Virus record (IMG/VR): IMGVR_UViG_3300046792_000297
Coordinates: 39,955-103,954 of that record
Direction: 5' to 3' (one strand)
DNA from: a virus
Length of the DNA: 64,000 nucleotides
How positions within the stretch are numbered: position 1 is the stretch's first letter; each line of letters begins with the position of its first letter. The position numbers and the translations under genes are program-made. The notes below the pieces were generated by a model. The model saw only the letters and a list, made by a program, of their open reading frames with translations, had not been told where the DNA came from and did not search any database. Shown piece after piece: positions 1 to 9,508 of this stretch.

Positions 1-1
1 C

Positions 2-454
2 ACCACCGGGCTGGGCACCAACCTGAGCGACGAGGCTGTGGCCGCGACGCCCGACAAGTACGCCAGCGAACTGGGCGGCGGCGAAGGAGGGATGCCAGGC
101 ATGGGCGGACCGGGCGGGATGCCAGGTGGCCCACCGGGCGAGCCTGGCGAGGGCGAACCACCCAAGCCAGGCGGGGAAAACCCGCAGTTAGGCGCAGGAA
201 AGCCAGCAGGCGGCCTGGGCGGGCCTGGCGAGGCAGCCGGGCCGAGAGGCGTGGCCAACGAAGAGGCTCCCGCCAACACGCCGCGCGAGCTAACCGCGCC
301 TGCGCATCGTCCGCAACTGGGCATGGGCGGCGAGAACCCGTTCGCCCGCAAGCCGGTCGAGGATGACCAGACGGGGACTTCGCGCTATCAGCCGCCTGCG
401 GCACGGCAGCATGAAGCGCCGACTGCGAGGCAGCATGAACTCCCTGATCGCTAA
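2..454 (+). CDS. Portal protein C-terminus (partial, DUF1073-like)
   Basis: Frame open from the window start: TTGLGTNLSDEAVAATPDKY resembles the TG..TN(I/L)(T/S)DE end of DUF1073 portals, then a Gly/Pro low-complexity tail; lies upstream of head genes. Confidence 0.6.
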   Translation, partial: TTGLGTNLSDEAVAATPDKYASELGGGEGGMPGMGGPGGMPGGPPGEPGEGEPPKPGGENPQLGAGKPAGGLGGPGEAAGPRGVANEEAPANTPRELTAPAHRPQLGMGGENPFARKPVEDDQTGTSRYQPPAARQHEAPTARQHELPDR

Positions 455-1706
455 CGGCCTGGAGGACTGGACGCTGGCGGTCGACGCCGACTTTGATGAG
501 TCGGCAGTCAAGCGGGTTAGCAAAGGCAAGGAAGGCGGCGGGCAGTTCACGTCCAAGGGCGGCGGCGAAGAGAAGGGCGAGGAAGCCTACTTCGCGAGTG
601 GTATTGGACCGGGAGAAGAAGCGGAGCCGGGTTACGAGCCGCCTGCCAAGAAACTGACGCCGGGTCAGAAAGCGGCGGCGACCAAGGCTGGCAAGAAGGT
701 AATGGCCGCAGCGGCAGCGGTCCACCAGAAGACAGAAGCCGCGCAGCCGCCACAGCCCGTCACAGCCTCGAAGCATCCGAACTGGGCCGCGATGTCGCCG
801 GGGCAAAAGGCCGCCTGGACGAAGAAGCAGAACCAGGCGGCCAACAACAAAAAGATTCAGGAAGCGGCAAAGGCCACACCGGCCCAGCAGAAGCAGGCGG
901 AGCAGGCGCTGACGGCGGCGGAGCAGAAGGGCCACAAGCCGCTCTGGGTCAAAGCCACGGTGAACGGCGAACCCCAAATCTTCAAGCTCCAAGGCGTGCC
1001 CAGCGGCCTGGATAGTACGGCCAGCGTGCAGAAGCTGCTGGGCGAACAGCCCGATAAGTGGGGCGAGCTACACCCGGTTAGCGTTCAGAACGTGTCGCTG
1101 TGGAATGAATCGAAACCTCTGCCTCCCGCTTTCGAGACCGTCACGGCAGAGCAGAAGGCCATCGACAAGCTGGAAACCGAGAAGTACGAAGAGGCCAAAG
1201 CGGCGGTCCTGGCCAGCGGCCCGATCACTAGTAGCGAGTCACTAAGCGACGACATCATCTCTTCCATCAAGAGCTACACTGACGGCAGCTACCTGGCCCT
1301 GAATAAGGCGCTGCGAACCGGGCAGCCTCTGCAAAGCCACCAGGCCGTAATGGCGGCCAACCTGGACAAAGCCATTCGGAACAACAAGGTGCTGAGTGAG
1401 CGCAAGGTTTATCGTGGGCTTACGGATGCCGAAAAGTTCTTCGGCCCGACCGTGAAGATCGGCACCATCGTGATTGACAACGGCTTCATTTCAGTCAGCA
1501 AACACAGGGACACCGCCGATAACTTCGCGGGCTACAACGGCAAGGTGTGCGTGATTTCGCTGCCCAAGGGCAGCCCGGCGCTGGACATAGAGGCGTGGAG
1601 CTTGCTTGGCGATAGTGAGAAAGAAGCCCTATTACCTCGTGGTTCAATGTTCAAAGTCACCAACGTGAGCGGCAAGGAGGTTCACCTTGAGTATGCCAAC
1701 TATTGA
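435..1706 (+). CDS. ADP-ribosyltransferase (VIP2/Alt-like R-S-E clade) with shared N-terminal leader
   Basis: C-terminal YT...Y..LN..LR, VYRG, FISVS, EKEALLPRG motifs; N-terminus MNSLIANGLEDWTLAVD-ADFDES; ATG 435 follows GAGG. Confidence 0.9.
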   Translation: MNSLIANGLEDWTLAVDADFDESAVKRVSKGKEGGGQFTSKGGGEEKGEEAYFASGIGPGEEAEPGYEPPAKKLTPGQKAAATKAGKKVMAAAAAVHQKTEAAQPPQPVTASKHPNWAAMSPGQKAAWTKKQNQAANNKKIQEAAKATPAQQKQAEQALTAAEQKGHKPLWVKATVNGEPQIFKLQGVPSGLDSTASVQKLLGEQPDKWGELHPVSVQNVSLWNESKPLPPAFETVTAEQKAIDKLETEKYEEAKAAVLASGPITSSESLSDDIISSIKSYTDGSYLALNKALRTGQPLQSHQAVMAANLDKAIRNNKVLSERKVYRGLTDAEKFFGPTVKIGTIVIDNGFISVSKHRDTADNFAGYNGKVCVISLPKGSPALDIEAWSLLGDSEKEALLPRGSMFKVTNVSGKEVHLEYANY

Positions 1707-1878
1707 CCCCGAGCGGCTGAAGCGTTACCAGTGGGACCAGGACTCGCTCACCGTGGCCAGCGTGGGCACGGGCGAGGAAGTCAAGCTCGACCAGCCCAAG
1801 GAGGCCAAGAAGGACGACCAGGCCAAGGACCAGGCCATCTTCTCCAACTCGCTCGACGTGATGCTGGACGAGGAATAA
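1693..1878 (+). CDS. Small acidic protein overlapping the ART stop (candidate inhibitor/partner)
   Basis: AAGGAGG at 1674-1680; about 61 aa (TTG 1687 is an alternative start); ends AIFSNSLDVMLDEE; TAATG-coupled to the next gene. Confidence 0.7.
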   Translation: MPTIDPERLKRYQWDQDSLTVASVGTGEEVKLDQPKEAKKDDQAKDQAIFSNSLDVMLDEE

Positions 1879-2798
1879 TGATTAGCTGCCTGATCGCCAA
1901 CGGCTTGGAAGACTGGACCCTGGCGGTCGACGACTTCAAGGAAGCGGCGGTTCCGCGCGACGAGTCGGGCAAGTGGACCGGCAAGGGCGGTTCGAGCGGC
2001 GAAGCCAAGCCCCTGAACGCGGCGCACAAAGCCTGGGCCACGCGCAAAGCTAAACAGCAGGCGGCGCAATCGAAGAAGCCGGTCGACTATCTGGCCAAGA
2101 AGGTCGGCGGGCAAGGGGGCTCCAATCCGGGCGGGACCTATGAGGGCAGTGACGGCAAGAAACGCTACGTCAAGTTCTACAAGAACATGGCGCAGGGTCG
2201 GGCGGAATGCACGGCGGACACTATCTACAACGACCTGGGCATCGGCGCACACAAGAGCGACGTGTTCGAGGCGGACGGCAAAGAGGCGTTCGCGGCGGAA
2301 CTGATCGACGGCGGCGACCTGCTCAAGGATGTGGGCCTGAACAAGGAGAACGCTCGCGCCATCATGGAAGGCTTCGCGGCAGACGTGCTCATGGCCAACT
2401 GGGACAGCGTCGGCCTGGTCAACGACAACATCCTGCTCAAGGATGGCAAAGCCTACCGCATCGACAACGGGGCCACCTTCACGCACCGCGCGATGGCGTC
2501 CAGTCCGCCCAAGCCGGAAGGGCTGCTGCACAAGATCACCGAATGGGACGGGCTGTTCAACCCCAACATCAACGCGCAGTTCAGCCAGGTCGCCAAGGCC
2601 GCCGGATACAAATCGCCCAGCGACATCCCCGACATCAAGGCGCAAGTGGAGAAGATCGTCAAGCTCCGCGACCAGAGCGGCGGGTGGGACAAGTACCTCC
2701 AGGGCAAAGCGCCGTTCCTGTCCGACCAGGAGCGAAAGCAGTATGCCGGAATGCTGGACAGCCGCACCAAGCTACTGAGGGAGAAAGTCCAGGCGTGA
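1878..2798 (+). CDS. HipA/PI3-PI4-kinase-like kinase with shared leader
   Basis: GGSNPGG..Y...YVK, AE, ANWD..G...DNIL and RIDNG motifs; N-terminus MISCLIANGLEDWTLAVD-DFKEAAVPRDESGKW. Confidence 0.8.
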   Translation: MISCLIANGLEDWTLAVDDFKEAAVPRDESGKWTGKGGSSGEAKPLNAAHKAWATRKAKQQAAQSKKPVDYLAKKVGGQGGSNPGGTYEGSDGKKRYVKFYKNMAQGRAECTADTIYNDLGIGAHKSDVFEADGKEAFAAELIDGGDLLKDVGLNKENARAIMEGFAADVLMANWDSVGLVNDNILLKDGKAYRIDNGATFTHRAMASSPPKPEGLLHKITEWDGLFNPNINAQFSQVAKAAGYKSPSDIPDIKAQVEKIVKLRDQSGGWDKYLQGKAPFLSDQERKQYAGMLDSRTKLLREKVQA

Positions 2799-2808
2799 AG
2801 GGGTGGCG

Positions 2809-3672
2809 ATGAGAGATTGTCTGATCGGTAACGGCCTGGAGGATTGGACCCTCACCCTGGCGCTCGACGAGGGCGACTTCAAGGAGGAGCAGCACCCGCG
2901 CGACGAAACCGGCAAGTTCTCGCTGGGCAAAGGCGAGTCGACCGAGGAAGCCTTCAAGCATCCCACGACCGGCGAGTACGCGCCCAAGCGTTCGCAGCGC
3001 CACCAGGCCATTGTGGACAAGATCGTGGCGGGCAAGAAGTCCAGCGGAGCGCCCACCGCCTACATCATGGGCGGCGGATCGGCTTCGGGCAAGTCGACCG
3101 GCTTCAAGAAGAAGTTCGCCCGCAAGATGCGGATGGCGCTGGCGCACATCGACTCCGACGCCATCAAGAACCATCTTCCCGAGTACGAGAGGCTGAAGCA
3201 GATTGATCCCGAGAAGGCCGCCTACCGGGTGCATGAGGAGTCCAGCCACATCGCCAAGAAGGCGCTGGCGGCGGCCATTGCCGGGAAGCTCGACCTGGTC
3301 TACGACTCGACTGGCGCGGGCGGCGGCACGCAGGACATGGCCAAGCGGCTCAAGGGCGAGGGTTACAAGGTGCACGTGGTCTACTTCGACATTCCCATAC
3401 CGGAGGCCAAGGTGCGGGCCGGGAAACGGGCGGAGAAAACCGGGCGGCACATTCCCGAGCACGTGATCCAAGGTTCGCACAAGGGCAGCGCCAAGAACTT
3501 CATGGAGATGACCAAGGGCGGTCACATCGACAAGATGAGCCTCTACGATACGACCGAGCGCGTGCCCACGCTGGTCTACTCCAAGGAAGGTTCACGCCCT
3601 GGTATGATTATGGAAGGTGAGAAATGGAAAGAGTACATGAAGAAGGCGGGAGTGGAGGAGAACCAGAAGTGA
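2809..3672 (+). CDS. Zeta-toxin-family P-loop kinase with shared leader
   Basis: MGGGSASGKST Walker A, IDSDAIK..LPEY, HEESS, YDST, R...TGRHIP; N-terminus MRDCLIGNGLEDWTLTLALD-EGDFKEEQHPRDETGKF. Confidence 0.88.
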   Translation: MRDCLIGNGLEDWTLTLALDEGDFKEEQHPRDETGKFSLGKGESTEEAFKHPTTGEYAPKRSQRHQAIVDKIVAGKKSSGAPTAYIMGGGSASGKSTGFKKKFARKMRMALAHIDSDAIKNHLPEYERLKQIDPEKAAYRVHEESSHIAKKALAAAIAGKLDLVYDSTGAGGGTQDMAKRLKGEGYKVHVVYFDIPIPEAKVRAGKRAEKTGRHIPEHVIQGSHKGSAKNFMEMTKGGHIDKMSLYDTTERVPTLVYSKEGSRPGMIMEGEKWKEYMKKAGVEENQK

Positions 3673-3791
3673 TCCACCACTACACCGACGACACCGATTC
3701 CGACGTATTCCAAGACAAGGACGACCTGGCCGAGTTCGATGCCATGCTGGATAAAGCCAAGCAGGCGGCCAAGCAAAAACCCACCCAGTAA
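3669..3791 (+). CDS. 40-aa acidic peptide coupled to the zeta gene (candidate antitoxin)
   Basis: Not in the ORF track; GTGA overlap with the zeta stop, GGAGGAG RBS at 3654-3660; MIHHYTDDTDSDVFQDKDDLAEFDAMLDKAKQAAKQKPTQ. Confidence 0.7.
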   Translation: MIHHYTDDTDSDVFQDKDDLAEFDAMLDKAKQAAKQKPTQ

Positions 3792-3852
3792 TTCCCCTCA
3801 CATTCTGACCTTCTTCCGGCACCGGGAGAACCTCGACCCACGGAGAGAGCGC

Positions 3853-4095
3853 ATGGCCGACTGGGACGGAGCCCTCCAGGCTCCGCAGGGGATGTTTCGC
3901 GTGATTGGCGAGGACGAGCTACAGACACCAGCCGTGCGCTCGTGGATCGGCGACTACCGCTCGCTGGCTAGCGCCCGGCGGGTGGCCAACGACCACGCTA
4001 CGCCGCTGAATCCGGTAGTCGTATTCGATGACCAGAGCAAGACCCAGTGCCTCACCTGGGGCGACGTCGAAGTGGACGCGGAGGGCATCGTATGA
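3853..4095 (+). CDS. Hypothetical protein
   Basis: ATG after GGAGAG; ATGA overlap with the next gene. Confidence 0.65.
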   Translation: MADWDGALQAPQGMFRVIGEDELQTPAVRSWIGDYRSLASARRVANDHATPLNPVVVFDDQSKTQCLTWGDVEVDAEGIV

Positions 4096-5519
4096 GCGTG
4101 ACAGGGGGAACCACCGGTAGCTCGATCACGCTCGGCAGCCTGGGGCTGGTCAAGTACAGCGACGACGAGGTTGGCTGGGGCACGGGCTGGAACGGCAACA
4201 TGGACACCATCGACGCGGCGATCTCCAGCCTCCAGGTGGGCGGGTCGCAGGTGCAGGCCGACTGGGATGCGACCTCGGGCCTGGCCGAGATTCTCAACAA
4301 ACCGGACCTGGCTCCGGTCGCGACTTCGGGCGACTATGCCGATCTGGTCGGCGTGCCCGCGCTGCCGCACAACTTCAGTTCGCAGCCGCACCTGTTCCTG
4401 AACGGCTACAACGCCATCCTGGGCGTGTTCTCGGCGGCCCAGGCGACCGCGTCGGACGTCTCGGGGCTGGCACCTATCGCCATCTCGGGCAGCTACAACG
4501 ACCTCACCAACAAGCCAGTGCTGCCTGCGACTCAGGTGGCAGTGCCCAATCGCTTCTTCACCGCCTACAGCGCGACGACTGGCTTGTTTACGGAGGCGCA
4601 GCCTACAGCGCTGGACGTCTCCGGCCTGGCCGCCGTGGCAACCTCCGGCTCCTACACTGATCTCATCAACAAGCCGGTCCTGGCGGCTAACTCGCCTGCG
4701 GTGGCTCACCAGTTTCTCACCAGCTACGACAACATCACCGGGGCGTTCACCAAGGCCCAACCTGGCGCGGCGGATGTCAGCGGGCTGGCTCCTTCGGCAA
4801 CTATCGACACCACCAACGCGCTCAACATCACTTCGGGCACGCTGGCCGTGGCGCGGCTGCCTGTCATTCCGGCCACGCAGATCAGCGGGCTGGCGCTGGT
4901 GGCCACTTCGGGCTCCTATCTCGACTTGAGCAACAAGCCGGTGCTGGCAGCGACCATTGCCGCGACACCGAACAACTTCCTGACCGCCTACAACGCGGTC
5001 ACGGGTATCTTCACCAAGGGCCAACCGGCAGCGACGGACGTAACCGGCCTGGCCACGGTCGCCACGACCGGCAGCTACACCGACCTGATCAACAAGCCCA
5101 TCCTGCCAGTCAACACGGGCAGCACGCCGCACCAGTTCTTCATCGCCTACGACAACACGACCGGCGGCTTCCTCAAGGCGCAGCCAGCGGCGGCGGATGT
5201 GACTGGTTTGGCGACGGTCGCCACTTCGGGCTCCTACAACGACCTCACCAACAAACCAGTCTTGTCCACCGTGGCAGGCTCGGGCTCCTACCTGGACCTC
5301 ACGCACAAGCCGACCTACTCATTCTGCCCAGGCACGACGCCGGGTACGGTGTTCGTCTCGCCAGGCGCGGTGATCGCGGTGACCTACAACGGCACCGTGC
5401 TGCCGCGCGGCGTGGCCGCTCCCAAGCTGAGCTACACGCTGGCCGGGGATAACGTGACGATCACGCTCAACTTCACTGCCGAAGCCGGAGACCGAGTCGA
5501 TGCGTTCTGTACTACTTAG
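4092..5519 (+). CDS. Fibre-like structural protein with 53-aa repeats
   Basis: Five about 53-aa units starting LA.VATSGSY.DL.NKP plus partial copies; N-terminal LGL....GWG...N.N...ID motif typical of phage fibres. Confidence 0.8.
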   Translation: MSVTGGTTGSSITLGSLGLVKYSDDEVGWGTGWNGNMDTIDAAISSLQVGGSQVQADWDATSGLAEILNKPDLAPVATSGDYADLVGVPALPHNFSSQPHLFLNGYNAILGVFSAAQATASDVSGLAPIAISGSYNDLTNKPVLPATQVAVPNRFFTAYSATTGLFTEAQPTALDVSGLAAVATSGSYTDLINKPVLAANSPAVAHQFLTSYDNITGAFTKAQPGAADVSGLAPSATIDTTNALNITSGTLAVARLPVIPATQISGLALVATSGSYLDLSNKPVLAATIAATPNNFLTAYNAVTGIFTKGQPAATDVTGLATVATTGSYTDLINKPILPVNTGSTPHQFFIAYDNTTGGFLKAQPAAADVTGLATVATSGSYNDLTNKPVLSTVAGSGSYLDLTHKPTYSFCPGTTPGTVFVSPGAVIAVTYNGTVLPRGVAAPKLSYTLAGDNVTITLNFTAEAGDRVDAFCTT

Positions 5520-8500
5520 GGCAGTCGGAATAATGATTTTTGTGCTGGCGGGGCGGGCGGCGGCTCAGAGCAACCCGCACACCCAGATCGCCTGGCCCGC
5601 GAACTGCGACGACAGCAACTTCATGACCTACAACGTGCTCTCGAATACCTGCTTCAATGCCGGATCGACTAAACGTCCCATCGCGCCGCTAGCCAACGTT
5701 TCCCGGCCCGCGAGTTCCTCGGCCACCGGCGCGGCCATGCCCCAACAGGTGATCGCTTTCTTAGGTAATTCGCTGGTCGCGGGTGACACTGGGAGCACCA
5801 CCGAATTTTGCAATGAAGCAGGGATAGCTTCCACTAACGGACTTGGTCCTTTATTTATGGCGGGACACCAGTGCCGCCCGGCAACCAACATCACCGTGGA
5901 CAGCAGTAACAATGTGACCCTGGCGGTCAACAACGCCGACGGGTACTTTCAGAATGGTACGCGCTTCACCGCGTATGGTGGGGCAGGAGTGGATGGCGGA
6001 TGTCTCTACGATTCCTACATCGTCACCAGTGCCACGACAACGCAGATCGTATTCCCCAGTGCGCCCAACACGCCTTGCGCTCCGCTCGCCAGCACTCCGG
6101 TGGTCGCGAACAATGTTTTGTTGACCACCAGCCTCCAGAGGTTCGGCCAAAACGGCGGTTCGCTGGATTCATGGTTTAGCACCGTAGGCAACTGGACCTT
6201 TTCCGGCTACAAGACTTGGATTCAAGGAGCAATCGCGGCGGGGCAAACCCCGATTACCATCATGCGCGATGCGGGAATCATGACCAATTCCACCCGTATG
6301 AGCGCAATGGACTATCGGGCCTGGATGGCCGACCTCATGCCGGTGATCGCGGCTATCCAGGGCATTAGTGCTACGAATCCGGCAGGAGAAACAGTTTATG
6401 TTTCCAGCTTGCCATTCTACATCGACACCGGGAATCCCGAGGCTTGCAACACCGCTATGACGGCTTCCAGTACAGCGCCGTGTTCGGGAGGTCAGAACAC
6501 TGGGGCTGGCGGAGTGTATGTTCCACCCGTGCAGATGCCAGCCGGTGTGCAATATGTCTTCCCTTATGGGACACCGGGAAGCCAGTTTACAACTCCCGCT
6601 ACGATCACATCGGGAGCCATCAGCGCGGGAGCCAATACGGTAACGATCAATCCGTGTCCGCCTGATCTTTGGGGTGGTCCCGGCGATGTGATTCCCACCG
6701 CACTCGATTCGAACGGACTGCTACGCAGTCACGGCAACCTGATCCAGATGGTGGTTGATTCTGCCGCCTCGGCTGCGCAGGAACTTGTTTCGTTGACCGC
6801 GATCATCCCCACGGGAGCAACTGGACTGCATAATTGGCAGACTTGTCAGGTATCGTTCACTGCCGCTTTCGCTCATGCTGCGAACGCACCGATTTATGCC
6901 ACGCAGTTTACGGCTGACCAGACCTGGGTGCGGTGGAAGCTGCAAATCCCTTATGATGTGGCGGCTGCTTATCCCGGCCACATTGAAGTAATAGACACGC
7001 TCACCGCGATGGGGCGACAGGTTGCGAATCCCGGCTGGTGGATAGGGAATGAGCTTCATCCTGGTCTGGGTGGATACGCCAAGATCGGCAACCGGGAATT
7101 CACGGCACTAGCGTCCTATCAGCTTGCGCCCAAGCCTCCACCTACTCCTGATCCTTTAGCGTTTGATTATGCCACGCACCAAGTCAGCTTGCGAACAGGC
7201 GCGATTGACATCAACTTTGATCTCGACGCGGCAACGGCGGCTCGTGCCTTAGCTCTTGGGCACAATTGCGGTATGTACTACAACAAGTGCGACATAGACC
7301 CAGCTATGTTTTATCCCTCTGCCCTCTCGCCCACCATGACCTTCACTCACGGTACGCAGTTTGCTCGTATGACGATGGCGATTCAATCGGGGCAGAATTT
7401 GAGTGGAGACGGGCAAACGGGCGATTTTCTCTATACCAGTGTTGGGGGTAGCTGGCAACCAACGACACTAACTGCAATGGGGTTTGTTCCCGCCAGCTTA
7501 CTGGGTTTCAATTTTACCGGCACCCCCCCTGTGGACATGTCTGGCCGAGGGGCCATCATGCGTCCCTTCTATGCTGATCCGCTACAAGGAGCGAAGTTTG
7601 CCGCGCATCCGATCAGTTATCCGCTGAATGGCACCTATAACCTCAAGGTGGGCACTTCAACAACGAATAACCTGGTGTTTTCCATTCCCGTCGCTCAGAA
7701 TCCCGCTGTCATTGGCGGGCAGACTCTAACCTGTTTGCAAATCGAGATGCAAGCCGGAGACTGGATTGTCACCGCAGGAAACATTCCCGGTTCACAGGCT
7801 ACCGCCGCCGGGGTGTCCATCCAGTTGCCGACCGGAAGCTGGAATCCTCTCACCTGCACCTGGACGGACACCAGCGGAACAAACTACAGCGTCTACAACG
7901 GCGTGATGGCTACGCTGGTGCAGCAGTTCAGAGCGCCGGATGCAACGTTCAGTCTCGTTACCGCGCAGCAAAAAATACAAACACAAGCACTAACTGCGTT
8001 ACAGGGCGTTCAATCGCCCGGTACGCCCACTGTTATAGGTGTGGTTGGAGGAGCATTTACAAGCGCAACTACTGGCGGCAATTGCGCGAATGGAACAGCT
8101 TACACTCTAGGTCTGGCTTACATGCCTCTTGGTTGGGGAACGGACTACACTCATGCAGGTGCGATTCGCACCGTCTATGCAGTCTATACGCCAACTACCG
8201 GTACGACAACGGATGTTGTCGGAATCAATATCACTACAGCAGCGCCCTTTGGTTACACAACGGTAGCCTATCTGCTTATTGGTGGGACTTATTATGCGTT
8301 CGGCAAAGCACCGTCCACAGGTGCAGGTGTGATTACGACAACCTGCCCAGCAACCGGCGCTGGATTGATTGTGGCCAACACTTATGATAACGGCAGTGTG
8401 GGCTTTGTAGGCCCGGCATTCAGTTCGAGCGCCCCCCAGACCACTGTCAACTGTTCCACTTCAGGAACTGCAATCTTCGCGCAGACGCAAACCGGATCGA

Positions 8501-8697
8501 GCGAGAAGAAGGTGCTGGTCTATCTGGCGGCTTGCAGCGGCACGGCCAGCTACACCTTCCCGGTGCCGTTCACCCACTCGCCCAGCGTGTTCGGCTCGGA
8601 CGATGTGGCGGCCAGCATCGTGACGGCCAAGAGCACGACCGCCGTGACGGTGACCGGTGCGCCGTCGACCGGGGCGCTCGTGCTGGACAGCTTCTGA
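5500..8697 (+). CDS. Large secreted-type protein with SGNH/GDSL-like esterase domain and fibre-like C-terminus
   Basis: Signal-peptide-like MRSVLLRAVGIMIFVLAGRAAA-Q; AFLGNSL block I and ELHP...GY block V motifs; Cys/Thr/Gly-rich. Confidence 0.7.
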   Translation: MRSVLLRAVGIMIFVLAGRAAAQSNPHTQIAWPANCDDSNFMTYNVLSNTCFNAGSTKRPIAPLANVSRPASSSATGAAMPQQVIAFLGNSLVAGDTGSTTEFCNEAGIASTNGLGPLFMAGHQCRPATNITVDSSNNVTLAVNNADGYFQNGTRFTAYGGAGVDGGCLYDSYIVTSATTTQIVFPSAPNTPCAPLASTPVVANNVLLTTSLQRFGQNGGSLDSWFSTVGNWTFSGYKTWIQGAIAAGQTPITIMRDAGIMTNSTRMSAMDYRAWMADLMPVIAAIQGISATNPAGETVYVSSLPFYIDTGNPEACNTAMTASSTAPCSGGQNTGAGGVYVPPVQMPAGVQYVFPYGTPGSQFTTPATITSGAISAGANTVTINPCPPDLWGGPGDVIPTALDSNGLLRSHGNLIQMVVDSAASAAQELVSLTAIIPTGATGLHNWQTCQVSFTAAFAHAANAPIYATQFTADQTWVRWKLQIPYDVAAAYPGHIEVIDTLTAMGRQVANPGWWIGNELHPGLGGYAKIGNREFTALASYQLAPKPPPTPDPLAFDYATHQVSLRTGAIDINFDLDAATAARALALGHNCGMYYNKCDIDPAMFYPSALSPTMTFTHGTQFARMTMAIQSGQNLSGDGQTGDFLYTSVGGSWQPTTLTAMGFVPASLLGFNFTGTPPVDMSGRGAIMRPFYADPLQGAKFAAHPISYPLNGTYNLKVGTSTTNNLVFSIPVAQNPAVIGGQTLTCLQIEMQAGDWIVTAGNIPGSQATAAGVSIQLPTGSWNPLTCTWTDTSGTNYSVYNGVMATLVQQFRAPDATFSLVTAQQKIQTQALTALQGVQSPGTPTVIGVVGGAFTSATTGGNCANGTAYTLGLAYMPLGWGTDYTHAGAIRTVYAVYTPTTGTTTDVVGINITTAAPFGYTTVAYLLIGGTYYAFGKAPSTGAGVITTTCPATGAGLIVANTYDNGSVGFVGPAFSSSAPQTTVNCSTSGTAIFAQTQTGSSEKKVLVYLAACSGTASYTFPVPFTHSPSVFGSDDVAASIVTAKSTTAVTVTGAPSTGALVLDSF

Positions 8698-8705
8698 GGA
8701 CCATT

Positions 8706-8927
8706 ATGCCCATCACTGACCTCGAACACGCGCAACTTCGGGTGGAGCATGGGCAGTTGAAGTTGCAACTGCTGGAAGCGCAGAGCCGGATCGTGCAGCT
8801 TCAACACACGCTGCTCGCTAAGGAACTGGAGCAGGCGACCAAAGATTATCAGGCGCTCAAGGAGCAGGCCGATGCCCAGGTCGACCAGACCCTCAACCTC
8901 AACGGCCATCTTCGCGAACAGTCTTGA
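8706..8927 (+). CDS. Small coiled-coil protein (possible fibre chaperone)
   Basis: GAGGA RBS; Leu/Gln heptads; directly after the fibre-like gene. Confidence 0.6.
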   Translation: MPITDLEHAQLRVEHGQLKLQLLEAQSRIVQLQHTLLAKELEQATKDYQALKEQADAQVDQTLNLNGHLREQS

Positions 8928-9372
8928 CTACTGGACAGACTCCCAGTGGGCGGCGGACGCGGCGCAGTCTACCTTTCGCCGCCTGCATGGTTTGTTAATT
9001 GTTGTTGAAAATCCACAATACTCGCTGCGCCAGGGACGCGGCTGGATGTCTGCCGCACCCGCTGATTACGGCTACATCGCAGGCACCAAGGGAGCCGACG
9101 GCGACGAAATCGACTGCTACGTGGGTGACAACCCGGAGAGCCGGATCGCCTATATTGTGGATCAGAATAAAGTCGGCTCGCCGTTAGAGTTCGACGAACA
9201 TAAGGTATTCCTAAACTACCCTTCCCTGGCTGCGGCCAAGCAAGACTACCTCGACGGGCACACGGACGGCGCGAAGATTCTTCGCGCCATTACGGCTGTC
9301 GACCTGAAGACTTTGAAAGCGTGGCTGAAGCAGAGTAACCATGAGCGACCCTACAGCGAAACCGCAAGATAA
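8872..9372 (+). CDS. Inorganic-pyrophosphatase-like (phage InPase-type) protein with leader variant
   Basis: ENP...R.G..W...DYGYI.GT.GADGD.ID.YVG...DQ...FDEHKV.L motifs; N-terminal AIFANSLDYWTDSQWAAD-AA. Confidence 0.85.
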   Translation: MPRSTRPSTSTAIFANSLDYWTDSQWAADAAQSTFRRLHGLLIVVENPQYSLRQGRGWMSAAPADYGYIAGTKGADGDEIDCYVGDNPESRIAYIVDQNKVGSPLEFDEHKVFLNYPSLAAAKQDYLDGHTDGAKILRAITAVDLKTLKAWLKQSNHERPYSETAR

Positions 9373-9496
9373 TGGACCGGGCAAGAGCCTGACCATCGTG
9401 ATCTGCCCCCGGTGTGGCGCACTGATCTCCGAGGAACTGAAGGCCAAGCACAACGAGTGGCACGAGCAGCTACGGCAGATCGGTATGCCGGAATGA
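9341..9496 (+). CDS. 51-aa C2H2 zinc-finger peptide
   Basis: Hand translation: CPRC...HNEWH; fills the gap between the InPase and topoisomerase genes. Confidence 0.55.
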   Translation: MSDPTAKPQDNGPGKSLTIVICPRCGALISEELKAKHNEWHEQLRQIGMPE

Positions 9497-9508
9497 AAGG
9501 TCGCGCCC

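Noticed and set aside
363-434. Upstream starts of the ART, kinase and zeta ORFs given in the ORF track (363, 1731, 2803)
   Set aside because: RBS positions, stop-start coupling and the shared leader put the starts at 435, 1878 and 2809.
2809-3791. Ordinary epsilon-zeta plasmid addiction module
   Set aside because: The partner gene is downstream and tiny, and the toxin carries the shared head-module leader.
4300-5310. DNA repeat array or DGR template/variable repeat
   Set aside because: The repeats are 53-aa protein repeats with synonymous divergence, not adenine-specific differences; no reverse transcriptase is in the window.
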